From a virus (lineage: Duplodnaviria > Heunggongvirae > Uroviricota > Caudoviricetes): a stretch of 64,000 nucleotides of DNA. The translations under genes and the position numbers were made by a program. Shown in pieces: positions 29,421 through 39,544 of this stretch. Numbering within the stretch: the first letter of the stretch is position 1; every line of letters begins with the position of its first letter. Under the pieces are notes generated by a model. The model was given only the letters and a program-made list of their open reading frames with translations, was not told the DNA's origin and did not search any database. The DNA lies in IMG/VR virus record IMGVR_UViG_3300001199_000002, positions 48,062 through 112,061 of that record; one strand, given 5' to 3'.

Positions 29421-31582
29421 CGGGTTTTGAATATCTACCTAGACCATATCCATATGGAAGAGAACCATTCCTTGTTGCTTCTGGCGAGAAGGTGGGGTTT
29501 GAGGCTCGTTTCTTTTCAATTCCTGCCTTCGCGGCTCAGGCGGATCGGCGGCTGTTTACAGTATCAGCGAGCCATCCAGTTGCTAACGTTTTCAAACTAT
29601 ACGTCAACCGTAGCTCAAACACAACCATCTCACTAGAGCCTACGATTAGTGCTAGTGGATATGAAAGAGGAACGCCACACTACGCAGATGTCATTCTAGA
29701 CATTCGCGATACATTAGCACTAGCTTGGGCTAAGCACGCAGAAGATAGTGACCACACTGCGCAAGATTTCAAAGTCGCACATCTAGAAAGACAGCGTGAA
29801 CCGTACAACATGCTGTCCTCATCAAGGCCCGATGTAATTCCAGGTGACTACACTCATAAAGAGTCAGTTACTCTTACCCCATCAGGTAATGAGCTAGGTG
29901 CTATTGGACTACAAGATATAGATATCGATGAAGTTCAGTGGCAACCATTCACTAGACCAAAAAAGATCGCAACTCTTACTGGCATGCCATTCGAGCCATG
30001 CTTTCCTGCTGTTCTAAAGACAGACGGTTCGCTGCCAGACTTTTCTTCACTTGACGAAGAAAGATTCGGTCAATTGGGACTAGGAGGAGCGGCTTCTGGT
30101 GGCCTAGTAATCACTGGAGATAAACTACTTGACGGAACTACAATAAAGCTACTTACTGGCTCTGGTGCAACAATCACAAGTGAGGGTAGTTTCAACCAAC
30201 TAGTTCCATGGGCTCTTTATCCTGCTCAAAACAAGCTGAATCTCTACTATACAACAGAGAACTCTGGCGTCATCACTGCGTCAGGACGACAAGCTGTTTA
30301 CAACATACCATCTACAGTAGATGAGGGCGTGCTATTACTAAATGTTGCAGATGCAGGAACAAGTGGACGACTAATTCAGAACTGGCCAGGAAACTATCAT
30401 GCGACTAGTGGAGTTGGTGCAACTGGAAAAGCGCACAATGGAGTTCACGTAGCAGATAGTCTAATCTACAACCTGTATGAAGGTAACGCTGGCAATCTCA
30501 TCTTTGGTAGAAGCAAAATCAATGGTAAAAAGGTATTTGGACACTTCGTTGGAACAGAGGTAAATTCTAAGGGCATTTCTTGGGGTGGGTCACAAAAACA
30601 CAGTAATGGAAATACGGTTTATGGATGGGGTGGTGTCATCAATCCAAACCTTGGTGGATTCGCACAATCATCAGTTTCTTGGTTCACAACCGACAATACA
30701 TTTTCGCCAATCAACTGGACAGTTCGCAATACAAGTGTTTGGCAGCCCCGCACTGGTCTCTTTGGAGCACCATCAAGCACGACATGGACGCTAGGTGACA
30801 TTCAGTCGTCATCAAACAGAACCATCACGTATAAAGCCTATGCGCAGTGGGGCTATATGGATCGTGTCATCACGCCAGATGACGACTTTGCATCACTTGG
30901 TGTAAAAAAACAAGATGTCATTAGTTACGAAACGCATGTCTATAGAGAGGGAACAGATCCGGCAACTGGATCTTTTGCGTGGGTAGAACTACCACCGCCA
31001 GAATCTCCATATTTTAGTACACAGACACTAAACTACTATGAGAATACGTTCCAATGCAATAACTTCATTTCATTGTTCTTTCTAAGAAAGTTGAATCATG
31101 GAATGATACATGTGAATGGACAGATTGGATATCAATGGAGCGAACCTGGATCTTTTGGTCCAGTTCCTAAGCCAACACATAATAGGTTTTCGTTTTTTGG
31201 CAATACCTCTACTACGTTGACACCAGCAACAGCGTATTCTTCATCTACATACGTGGTTGGATTTTTTCCATCGTGGAGTATCCGATTGTCAGTGACAACC
31301 AATAATCAAGTAACTGTTCCAAATCAGATTCAGATTGATGGAACTTTTAGTGCCATCTCGTTTGCTCCAGATGTGCCTATGACAACATCTGTTGTAGATA
31401 CTTTTGGACCAGCAGTCTGGGATCCTAATGATGGTGTAAACTACCTATACTTTTCGACGATACACTCTCCACAAAGAGTCTATTTTGCCAAAATGAATAC
31501 GTCTTTTGTCATTACCCATATAAACCAAGTAGACTCTACGGACGCTATACTAAGTGGTCGTCCTGCTATCCTAAGCATTTAG
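29417..31582 (+). CDS. Tail tip/structural protein (beta-rich)
   Basis: ATGA overlap, 721 aa, aromatic/S/T/G-rich, within the tail module. Confidence 0.55.
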   Translation: MTGFEYLPRPYPYGREPFLVASGEKVGFEARFFSIPAFAAQADRRLFTVSASHPVANVFKLYVNRSSNTTISLEPTISASGYERGTPHYADVILDIRDTLALAWAKHAEDSDHTAQDFKVAHLERQREPYNMLSSSRPDVIPGDYTHKESVTLTPSGNELGAIGLQDIDIDEVQWQPFTRPKKIATLTGMPFEPCFPAVLKTDGSLPDFSSLDEERFGQLGLGGAASGGLVITGDKLLDGTTIKLLTGSGATITSEGSFNQLVPWALYPAQNKLNLYYTTENSGVITASGRQAVYNIPSTVDEGVLLLNVADAGTSGRLIQNWPGNYHATSGVGATGKAHNGVHVADSLIYNLYEGNAGNLIFGRSKINGKKVFGHFVGTEVNSKGISWGGSQKHSNGNTVYGWGGVINPNLGGFAQSSVSWFTTDNTFSPINWTVRNTSVWQPRTGLFGAPSSTTWTLGDIQSSSNRTITYKAYAQWGYMDRVITPDDDFASLGVKKQDVISYETHVYREGTDPATGSFAWVELPPPESPYFSTQTLNYYENTFQCNNFISLFFLRKLNHGMIHVNGQIGYQWSEPGSFGPVPKPTHNRFSFFGNTSTTLTPATAYSSSTYVVGFFPSWSIRLSVTTNNQVTVPNQIQIDGTFSAISFAPDVPMTTSVVDTFGPAVWDPNDGVNYLYFSTIHSPQRVYFAKMNTSFVITHINQVDSTDAILSGRPAILSI

Positions 31583-31590
31583 TGTATACT
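31578..31590 (+). promoter_or_regulatory. Candidate late promoter TTTAGTGTATACT (copy 4)
   Basis: Its TAG is the stop of 29417-31582; upstream of RBS AAGGAG and GTG 31622. Confidence 0.55.
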
Positions 31591-31621
31591 ACAACTAGAC
31601 TAGTCATCTAAGGAGCGGATT

Positions 31622-32278
31622 GTGAACACTTTAACCTTCATTGCGCCATCGGGTGCTCCCGCCAGCGGGACCATCATCGAGCAACTAACGATTCCGGGTA
31701 ACACCAGCGGAGCAAACTTTCTAGGTTTCTTCGGCACTGGTGGTCCTCAGGGTGCTCCATTTGCAGTCATTATTGACCGCTATCAAGACAAGACGTTCAT
31801 TACTAACATGAGCGGTACTAATCTTGGTGTAGCCCCGTGGGGACTCCGAGCCAGTGGTCAACTCATTAACAACAAATACGTGACCTCTAATACGGTTAAC
31901 GTTAATGGCCAAGGCGCTGTTGCGATCAGTACGGTTCCAATCGCCTCTGGCACTCTTCTGATTCGTTTCGTACCTTCTGGATCTATTTCTGTAGTGACAC
32001 AGAATGCTGCTCTACGAGCAGTTGTTCTAAACTCAACTAGCGGTGTTAACGATGTAACATCAGTTGTCACTGGTATGAAAATTCAGGGATTTGAACCAAT
32101 CAACGATGCAACGTGGACACAAATGGCTGGTGCTGGTGCGATTGATAATCAGCTACAGTTTAATGACCACAATACATCAAGTAATCGGCACGACTTCTTT
32201 GCGTGCCTGTCAGCATCACCAGAGGCAACTGGTCAGAGAAACAACTTTGGTTTCTTTATGATCATTGAGTTCCTCTAA
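31622..32278 (+). CDS. Structural (tail) protein, SG-rich
   Basis: RBS AAGGAG, GTG start, beta-rich S/G/T composition. Confidence 0.6.
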   Translation: MNTLTFIAPSGAPASGTIIEQLTIPGNTSGANFLGFFGTGGPQGAPFAVIIDRYQDKTFITNMSGTNLGVAPWGLRASGQLINNKYVTSNTVNVNGQGAVAISTVPIASGTLLIRFVPSGSISVVTQNAALRAVVLNSTSGVNDVTSVVTGMKIQGFEPINDATWTQMAGAGAIDNQLQFNDHNTSSNRHDFFACLSASPEATGQRNNFGFFMIIEFL

Positions 32279-32289
32279 AAGGATAGGGT

Positions 32290-32751
32290 ATGAATACGAA
32301 GGATGTCGCAAGGGACTCCTACCATCTCGCTACGAGATTGGAGGAGTGCCCATTCAATAGTTTTTGGGTTGTTCTTCTAGATGATGGCACGGAAGTATAT
32401 CAATCAGACGATAGGGCTGATCTTCCAGAGGCTAGTCCATGGATGCGCCTCAAAAGATTATGCTTAGAACATGGACGTAAAATCTGTCACATGGCATACG
32501 CATATCGTGATGGAAGTGGCGAACAGATCAATTGTGTACCAGACTCAGCAGGTTACTTCTTTGCAAAAAGAATTCGAAAACTTGGAGCGCTAGATCCTAA
32601 CGTTTGTGGATATACCGATCATGCCATTGGTGTGGGCTATCTTAGACATAACATTCTAACTATCAAGTGGCTAAGAGATGATGGCGTAATAGAACATGAA
32701 GATAGAAATATGTCAGATCGAGAATTACCACTCACACTAATCAGTAATTGA
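32290..32751 (+). CDS. Hypothetical protein
   Basis: 153-aa ORF with RBS AAGGA. Confidence 0.7.
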   Translation: MNTKDVARDSYHLATRLEECPFNSFWVVLLDDGTEVYQSDDRADLPEASPWMRLKRLCLEHGRKICHMAYAYRDGSGEQINCVPDSAGYFFAKRIRKLGALDPNVCGYTDHAIGVGYLRHNILTIKWLRDDGVIEHEDRNMSDRELPLTLISN

Positions 32752-35700
32752 TGCCAAACTTCAATCTTAACGGAAGCGCAATTGATGTAGCAGGGCTCGG
32801 TCTAGGTGACTGTCGCCCCGTTATCACGTTTCCATCAGGATTGATTCCAGCAGGACAGCCTGGACGTGATCTAGAAGCCGCACTGATTCAGATCAATGCC
32901 ACCTTCGGATTTAATACGACGCCACATGGATTTGCTACGACGTGGGTTCCAACACGAGACGATCCAAAGGCATTTCACGGCGCTAGTGGTCAAGCACCAA
33001 GCGTAGGTCGCATTATCGGATTCACCGTAGGTGAATTCTTGGTTAGCGGCGAGATTACCCACTCAGAATATAGCGTAGATGCTAACGGTGGTACAATTCT
33101 CAACGTGAACATCAGCGATACGCGGCGTTGTATCGATAGAATTCGCATCATCACAGAAGACCTTGGTCCAGTCAATCCAGGCTCTGGTGCGATCTCTGTT
33201 GCAAGAGCAATCCGTATCATTGACGGTTTCCAAGACCTAAATGGTCAGGTTTCGGAAGAGAAGTTCAAAGAGTATCGCAAGATTCTAGAGCAAGGTGCCA
33301 CATACCCTCAAATTGTACGAGCTATTCAACTAGCTATCGATCAGGGCGAAATTCGGTTTGACATCAATACGATTCCAACCGTAGCAATGCTTGAGGCAAA
33401 CCTTGGAGGAACTGCATCTGCAATTCGTTTCCAGTTTGATGCTACGCCACTTAGCGAAGTAATCACTCGTGTGCTAGAGGCTACTGCATACGATTGGTAT
33501 TGGAGCATGTCTGATCAGGCAATCAAGCTCATCAATCGTCGGGTTCCATTTGCCTTGCGTGAGAGTGATCTTCTAAACATTGTGTCAGAACTTGGTGCTG
33601 TAAGCGGACTAGATAACACTATCAGACTAGCATATGGCGACGACCTAATCAATCAGCCACGTAGAGTTCGTCTACTTGGTGCCCACCAAGAGGGATGGAT
33701 CAATTCGCCACTACTTGCTCCTCTAGATGGTCTGGATACACCAGCTTCAGGTATTGTATTCCAACCAGCATGGACAAACTTCTCTGTTCAGTTTACAGAT
33801 TCTGTTGGTGTTCTGCGTTCATATAAGCCCGGTGATCTTGAACTCAAGGCTGCTCTTAAGGGTATTGAGCATTGGACATACTTCAAGAAGTATCAATCAG
33901 CGCCACTGAACCTTAGCTTGACATCGCCAGGATTCGGATTAGCGCCTGATATTGGTAGCATTGCCGCACAGCATCCAGACTTCCAGAGTCGTATTGATCC
34001 AGCAATGCCGTTGGCAAATCTTGGTGGTAACGAGTCTGGTTCGCTCCGTCTCATTAACAATAGAAGAGATGCTGCCCAAAATTGGGTGCTAAACTTCTAC
34101 AATAGGGTAAGAGATCACGCAACTCGCTTCTATGGAAAAGCGTATATCGCTTCAGGAATCCTCGTAAACTCTGCGTCGGGCGCATTCAAACTAGCGACAT
34201 CTGCCTGGGGTAACGTAGAGAATCAAATTGAAGGCCAGCCGCTAAGTGTCACAGGATCTAGCGGTCAATTCATCAATGACTACGAGATCAATAGAGACCT
34301 GGGTCCACTAGCTCCATTTAAGGGAACTGACGATAAGATTTCTGCTTACGTCGTTCTGCCTTCTGGCACGGTCTATGGTTCGGAGGGTGACGAATCGCCA
34401 GCAGGATTTAGCCAATGGACAGAAGACTACAATATCGGTAATACTCCAGCTACTTCTGGTCGTCGTTGGCGAACGGGTGAACACTATCTACCAGTGACAC
34501 TTACTGAAGTTGGCCAACTTACGATCGATCCTCGTGATCCTCTACGCGCATTCGAAGAGTATCCAGAGGGAACGCTACTAGCCGAACTGCCAATCATTGC
34601 AGGATCTGGTTTATCATCAGACTTCATTTTCCGCAATCTAGTAACACTAGCCGAACAAGCACTAGACTCAACAAGTTCAGGTCTGGTTGATGTTGTTGAT
34701 CCAAGTCTTCTAATTGCGCCTTACCTAAGGCTATCTGGCGTGGCGATCCCAATCTTGTCACCAACAAGATACGGCATGTCGTTCCCATCTACTTGGGTAA
34801 GTGGATCGCTACTAACTGATTGTGATTCTGAGTCAATCGTGATTGACGATCAGTTTGGTCCATGGAATTTTCCACCACAAGGAACCACAACATCGCTTCG
34901 TCTTATGGAAGACAGAGCCATGCGTCGTCTACAGGGTCTGATTGCGCCAGCGGCAACATCTACGTTTGCTCAAGTAGAAGTAGTTGGTATGCCAACCATC
35001 TCGTTTGACGGCTTCTCTAACAACGAACCAGATGCAAGTGGTAGAATTGGTATCAGAAACCATGGCATTACTGATATCAATTTCAGCTTGGGATCAAATG
35101 GTATCAGATGCAACTATCGTGTTGCAAGCTTCTTTGCTAAGTTCGGTGAGGAGGTTCCACTTGGTGAGCGCCAAAGAGCTATTCTAAACGGCATCATCAA
35201 TCCCATCGATACTGATGTCCTGCAACTTACGCCAGGAACAAGAACACCCTCACGTCCAACTCCACCACAACCGATCCTGACTGGAGCATCAAGCCGTGGA
35301 GAGGTTACGCGCAAGGTGACGATCACGACAGTAAATAACGCCTTGACGTTTACCAATACTCCAAATGAAGGAACTCAAGAACGCTATCGTGGATTGAGCG
35401 ATCAAGACTACAATTGCCCACCAATTCGTCCAGGCAGCAACGATCCAGACTTTGAAGGAACTGGTGGGGCTATCTGCGTAGACGGATTCTTGAACATTGG
35501 CGATGAAGCGATCTATCACGTAAACGAATTCAAACTTGAAAATGGTCGTAGAGAGATTGCGCGTTTCTTTACTGGTGGTCGTGCGTTTGCCAATGGCACA
35601 GTAGTTTTCGTAAGTGGTATTGGCTCAGCAAGCAATGTTTACGACGTTGCAATTGCTAACACTGATCCTGTTCGTCGTCTAGCTGACGTTCCACTACTTA

Positions 35701-36110
35701 ACGGAGCGGTAAATATCGGAGAGCTAACGACTCTTGCTTCGGAGGCTGGTGAATCAACCCCACGTACGCTAGGCCGCGCTGGTGCCTCACTTGCGCTTGA
35801 GGGTATCTACCTGAATCCAGGTGGTAGCGTTACAGTTCCAGTACAAGTTGTTTCGATCACCAACCCTGGCACGTCTGGTGCCATTGTGGCAGTGCGCGAA
35901 CTTAATAGTCGTGGTGACGTTAATACTGCGGCAACTCTTATCACTGGTCTGCGTCCTATTCCTAATCCAGAATTTGTGATCGTAGGTGATAAAGGCGCAT
36001 ATTTCTCATCGGCAGTTTTGAACACAAGTCCATCGACACCGGGAGATGGATCTGAGATCACTGGTAACTTCTTCTTGAGCAACCGACAGAACTTCTTGAA
36101 GTTTACGTAG
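32748..36110 (+). CDS. Large tail tip/hub-like protein
   Basis: 1120 aa, last gene of the tail module; hub-like N-terminus (EVITRVLEATAYDWYW). Function inferred. Confidence 0.5.
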   Translation: MMPNFNLNGSAIDVAGLGLGDCRPVITFPSGLIPAGQPGRDLEAALIQINATFGFNTTPHGFATTWVPTRDDPKAFHGASGQAPSVGRIIGFTVGEFLVSGEITHSEYSVDANGGTILNVNISDTRRCIDRIRIITEDLGPVNPGSGAISVARAIRIIDGFQDLNGQVSEEKFKEYRKILEQGATYPQIVRAIQLAIDQGEIRFDINTIPTVAMLEANLGGTASAIRFQFDATPLSEVITRVLEATAYDWYWSMSDQAIKLINRRVPFALRESDLLNIVSELGAVSGLDNTIRLAYGDDLINQPRRVRLLGAHQEGWINSPLLAPLDGLDTPASGIVFQPAWTNFSVQFTDSVGVLRSYKPGDLELKAALKGIEHWTYFKKYQSAPLNLSLTSPGFGLAPDIGSIAAQHPDFQSRIDPAMPLANLGGNESGSLRLINNRRDAAQNWVLNFYNRVRDHATRFYGKAYIASGILVNSASGAFKLATSAWGNVENQIEGQPLSVTGSSGQFINDYEINRDLGPLAPFKGTDDKISAYVVLPSGTVYGSEGDESPAGFSQWTEDYNIGNTPATSGRRWRTGEHYLPVTLTEVGQLTIDPRDPLRAFEEYPEGTLLAELPIIAGSGLSSDFIFRNLVTLAEQALDSTSSGLVDVVDPSLLIAPYLRLSGVAIPILSPTRYGMSFPSTWVSGSLLTDCDSESIVIDDQFGPWNFPPQGTTTSLRLMEDRAMRRLQGLIAPAATSTFAQVEVVGMPTISFDGFSNNEPDASGRIGIRNHGITDINFSLGSNGIRCNYRVASFFAKFGEEVPLGERQRAILNGIINPIDTDVLQLTPGTRTPSRPTPPQPILTGASSRGEVTRKVTITTVNNALTFTNTPNEGTQERYRGLSDQDYNCPPIRPGSNDPDFEGTGGAICVDGFLNIGDEAIYHVNEFKLENGRREIARFFTGGRAFANGTVVFVSGIGSASNVYDVAIANTDPVRRLADVPLLNGAVNIGELTTLASEAGESTPRTLGRAGASLALEGIYLNPGGSVTVPVQVVSITNPGTSGAIVAVRELNSRGDVNTAATLITGLRPIPNPEFVIVGDKGAYFSSAVLNTSPSTPGDGSEITGNFFLSNRQNFLKFT

Positions 36111-36154
36111 AAAACTGAACAAGTGGGTTTTAGCTCCACAAACTAGCTAGACCT

Positions 36155-36631
36155 ATGGAACAAAAGCTAAGATTTCAAAGTCCATCGACAGACGATGTGG
36201 CTCACGACGTATACAACCTATTGGTTGAAGCCATCATGATCAATCGATACGGATTGATCCCAAGTGGAGCATGGCGGAAAGGATCTACACTTCAGCTTGA
36301 ATGGTCTGAAGCTGTGAAGGTTATCAAGCGACTTTGTAAGTCAATGCAGATTGAGCCTATGAGGCTAGCTTGGTATATCAAAAAATACAGGGTCACAAAT
36401 CTCAACTACAACGAATTTGGATTGGTGCGCTATCGCGTCAATAAGTCGTTTGGATTCGCGAGATTGGATGAATTCCAACAACACTACTCAACTATCTACA
36501 AAAGTCAGATTGGTGAGTCGAGTGCGTATGTAGAGAACGCAACTAACTACAAAGTCAAAGAACCAGCGCCACAACGTAAGACGCTACAAGAGATTCTACA
36601 GGAGATTGAGAATGGCACAGACGCGGGATAA
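36155..36631 (+). CDS. Hypothetical protein heading the replication block
   Basis: 158-aa ORF overlapping the RecA start. Confidence 0.7.
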   Translation: MEQKLRFQSPSTDDVAHDVYNLLVEAIMINRYGLIPSGAWRKGSTLQLEWSEAVKVIKRLCKSMQIEPMRLAWYIKKYRVTNLNYNEFGLVRYRVNKSFGFARLDEFQQHYSTIYKSQIGESSAYVENATNYKVKEPAPQRKTLQEILQEIENGTDAG

Positions 36632-37673
36632 GGATGTCGAACTCTTCAAGAAGACGCTTCAGAAGCAGTTTGAAGATACAAAGTTCATTACGGGCGAAGA
36701 CCTGCCACCAGTTGTTCCCAACTTCACTGGAAGTTTGCGGCTCGACATTATGCTTCATGGTCCCTTCTTCGAAGGTGCAATCGTAGAGCTATTCGGTGAA
36801 AGTGGTAGTGGCAAGACAACACTAGCTCTATCCGTGCTAAATGAGGCGATCATCAATAAGCCCGATAAGAAGATTCTTTACGTTGATCAAGAAATGCGCC
36901 TGCGCGATACACTCCTCGCTACCTTCCCAGCGCTTAAGGATAAGATCGAGATCGTTCAGGCTCCCAACGGGACAGCAGCTTTGAAGGTCGTAGAGCTTTG
37001 GGTCAATCAATTTCCAGGTTCGATCGTGGTAGTTGACTCAGTAGATGCTCTAATTCCAGAGACCATCAGTGACAACGACATCGGTGACTCGTCAGTAGGT
37101 GGATTGCCACGACTCATGAGTGATGCTTGTCGTCGTCTAACTCGGGCGTGTGCCATGGCTAATGGCACGATCATCTTCCTAAATCAGATACGAAACAAGA
37201 TTGGTGGCTACGGCAATCCAGACACGACCAGCGGTGGCAAGGCCCTAACTTTCTATGCTTCGCAGCGTATTCAACTTCTGCCCATCAACAAGGATGGCAG
37301 AATTCTCGATGCTAACGGCAACATCATCGGTCATCGCGCACGATTCAAGGTCGCCAAGAACTCGGTTACGGTGCCCTTCGTAGAGGGTGAGTTTCCACTA
37401 ATCTATGGCAAGGGCATCGATAAGGTAGACGAACTAGTCGATCTAGCTTGTGATCTAGATGTTCTGCATAAGGATGGAACTAACATCCTGATGGCCGACG
37501 AGAAGGGAGTAGAGAAGAAGAGACCTCCTAAGACCGTAAAGGACATGATGAAGGCAGATCCAGCACTTTATGCTAAGGTGCTCGCCGAAGTCAAGGCTTT
37601 GTATCCAGACATCTTTAGTGGTAAAGCAGTTACCCAAACGAATGTAGCTGATGCTGTAAAGATTGATGAGTAA
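36612..37673 (+). CDS. recA: RecA-like recombinase
   Basis: Walker A FGESGSGKTT, Walker B VVDSVDAL, IIFLNQIRNKIGGYGNPDTTSGGKALTFYASQRI, YGKGID. Confidence 0.95.
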   Translation: MAQTRDKDVELFKKTLQKQFEDTKFITGEDLPPVVPNFTGSLRLDIMLHGPFFEGAIVELFGESGSGKTTLALSVLNEAIINKPDKKILYVDQEMRLRDTLLATFPALKDKIEIVQAPNGTAALKVVELWVNQFPGSIVVVDSVDALIPETISDNDIGDSSVGGLPRLMSDACRRLTRACAMANGTIIFLNQIRNKIGGYGNPDTTSGGKALTFYASQRIQLLPINKDGRILDANGNIIGHRARFKVAKNSVTVPFVEGEFPLIYGKGIDKVDELVDLACDLDVLHKDGTNILMADEKGVEKKRPPKTVKDMMKADPALYAKVLAEVKALYPDIFSGKAVTQTNVADAVKIDE

Positions 37674-38019
37674 GGGTTGCGAAGAGCTACTTACAATTGT
37701 TCGAACGATTTTTCCGAATCAACGGATCGTTCTGGAACACAATGTAGCCGAGACTGGTGCGCTGTTCTTGGATATCTACTTGCCACAGCTTGGCGTGGCG
37801 TTCGAGTTTGATGGGGAGCAGCACTTTACCTATAGCGAGCACTTTCATGGTTCGTTAGATGCATTTCGAGCTTCGAAGAAGCGTGATGCTCTAAAAACCG
37901 CCCGATGTCACCATCTTGGTATCTCTCTCGTTAGGGTAAGATACGACGAAGAGATGACAAAGGATCTGGTGCTTAGCAAACTACAACAAGCACTCGACAA
38001 CAAGGAAAACGATGAGTAA
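37666..38019 (+). CDS. Vsr/DUF559-like PD-(D/E)XK endonuclease
   Basis: LFLDIYLPQLGVAFEFDGEQHF...KKRDALK...LVRVRYDE. Confidence 0.75.
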   Translation: MSKGCEELLTIVRTIFPNQRIVLEHNVAETGALFLDIYLPQLGVAFEFDGEQHFTYSEHFHGSLDAFRASKKRDALKTARCHHLGISLVRVRYDEEMTKDLVLSKLQQALDNKENDE

Positions 38020-39544
38020 CGTAGCAGCAGAATTCGGACTACTTGCTGGTTTGTGTCGGAATCCAGACACGTATTTCGACATTCAGCAATATCTGTCGAT
38101 CGACGATTTTACGAGTAGGGCTCATCGCGACTTCTTTATCGTTCTACAGCGGCTGCTAATGAACTCGCAACAGCAGCTAGTCGTAACTCAGCCAGGACTC
38201 TTGGCGGAAGCCTCAACCCTAGGGCTTAAGGATTTCTACACAGTTTGCGGCGATGGCGAACTAATCGAAGCATGTCTAACGCATACGGCATCCAAAGAGG
38301 ATACGATGCGCTCTTTCGCACAGGTAAAGCGCGAGAGTGTTAAGCGCCAATACAACGAGTTGTGCAAGCAGAACATTAAGTATCTAGGTGAAACAGCAGA
38401 TAGCACAAACGACATCATCACCAAGATAGATAGCGGTCTGATTAGCCTTGGAAACAAGCTACAGGGCGTGGTTAGCGATGAAATCATCAACCTGCCTGAG
38501 CGTGCCCAGAACATTATCATGGACCTAGCTGCGCGCCCTGGCGAGCTTGGAGTAGACATTGGCTTCCCAATCTGGCAGCGAAGTATTGGTGGTATTCGTA
38601 ATGGTGCCGTTACGTTTATCGCAGCGACGGCGAAGGCTGGTAAGTCACAAATTGGAGCTAGGGGCGCTGTCGAACTCTCAAAGTACATACCAGTTCTCTA
38701 TTGCGATAGCGAGTTGAATGAGATTTCTCAAAGCGTTAGAGCTTTCGGTATGTTCTCAGAAATCAACTATGAAATTCTAGAGACTGGATACTGGAAGTGC
38801 GACTATCAGAAGATTCTGGCTGATGGATACGATAAAACCTTTGCCCTACAATGCAAGACGGCTCGTCCAATCTTGGAAGACCCAAAGATGTGGGAAAACT
38901 TCAAGAAGCGTGAACTCTTCTATAAGAAGATGACTGGTATGACAGCGCGTGAGATGATCCCATTTTTGCGTAGATGGGTAATGCAGCATGTTGGCATGGA
39001 TAAAGATGGCCGATCGCCACGCTGTTTAATCATATGGGACTATATCAAGCTAGCAAGAATTGATGAAGTCCAAAAGATGGGAGTAGGAGCACACGATATT
39101 CTTGGTGATACCTGTTCGGCGCTGCATGACTTTGCAGAAGAATACAATCTACCTATCCTTGCCTTTGGTCAGACTAATCGCCAGATTGACAAGGATATCA
39201 ACATGATCGCTGGCGCAAAGAAGATTGTTGAGCTAGTTGACTCTGTTTCTCTATGGAGACGTAAAGACCCAGACGACCTAGTGGTCGATCCGAATGGAAC
39301 GCACGAAATCCATCAACTAGTAAGTAGATATGGTAAGGGTGTTAGCACATACATCAACGTGCAGGCAGACCTAGGAATTGGTAAGTTTAAGGAACTTGGA
39401 GTAGCTAATCCAAGAGCGCCTACACCGACACAACAAACACAGCAGGGCGGTAAGTGGGGAAAGAAGGCGACTGGTTCGTCAGCATCTTCACCGACATCAG
39501 CATCAGTACCAGCAAGCGGTAACAACAATGACGACGATACCTGA
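38012..39544 (+). CDS. dnaB: DnaB-like replicative helicase
   Basis: AEFGLLAGL N-terminus, Walker A ATAKAGKS, IIWDYIKL, PILAFGQTNR. Confidence 0.85.
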   Translation: MSNVAAEFGLLAGLCRNPDTYFDIQQYLSIDDFTSRAHRDFFIVLQRLLMNSQQQLVVTQPGLLAEASTLGLKDFYTVCGDGELIEACLTHTASKEDTMRSFAQVKRESVKRQYNELCKQNIKYLGETADSTNDIITKIDSGLISLGNKLQGVVSDEIINLPERAQNIIMDLAARPGELGVDIGFPIWQRSIGGIRNGAVTFIAATAKAGKSQIGARGAVELSKYIPVLYCDSELNEISQSVRAFGMFSEINYEILETGYWKCDYQKILADGYDKTFALQCKTARPILEDPKMWENFKKRELFYKKMTGMTAREMIPFLRRWVMQHVGMDKDGRSPRCLIIWDYIKLARIDEVQKMGVGAHDILGDTCSALHDFAEEYNLPILAFGQTNRQIDKDINMIAGAKKIVELVDSVSLWRRKDPDDLVVDPNGTHEIHQLVSRYGKGVSTYINVQADLGIGKFKELGVANPRAPTPTQQTQQGGKWGKKATGSSASSPTSASVPASGNNNDDDT

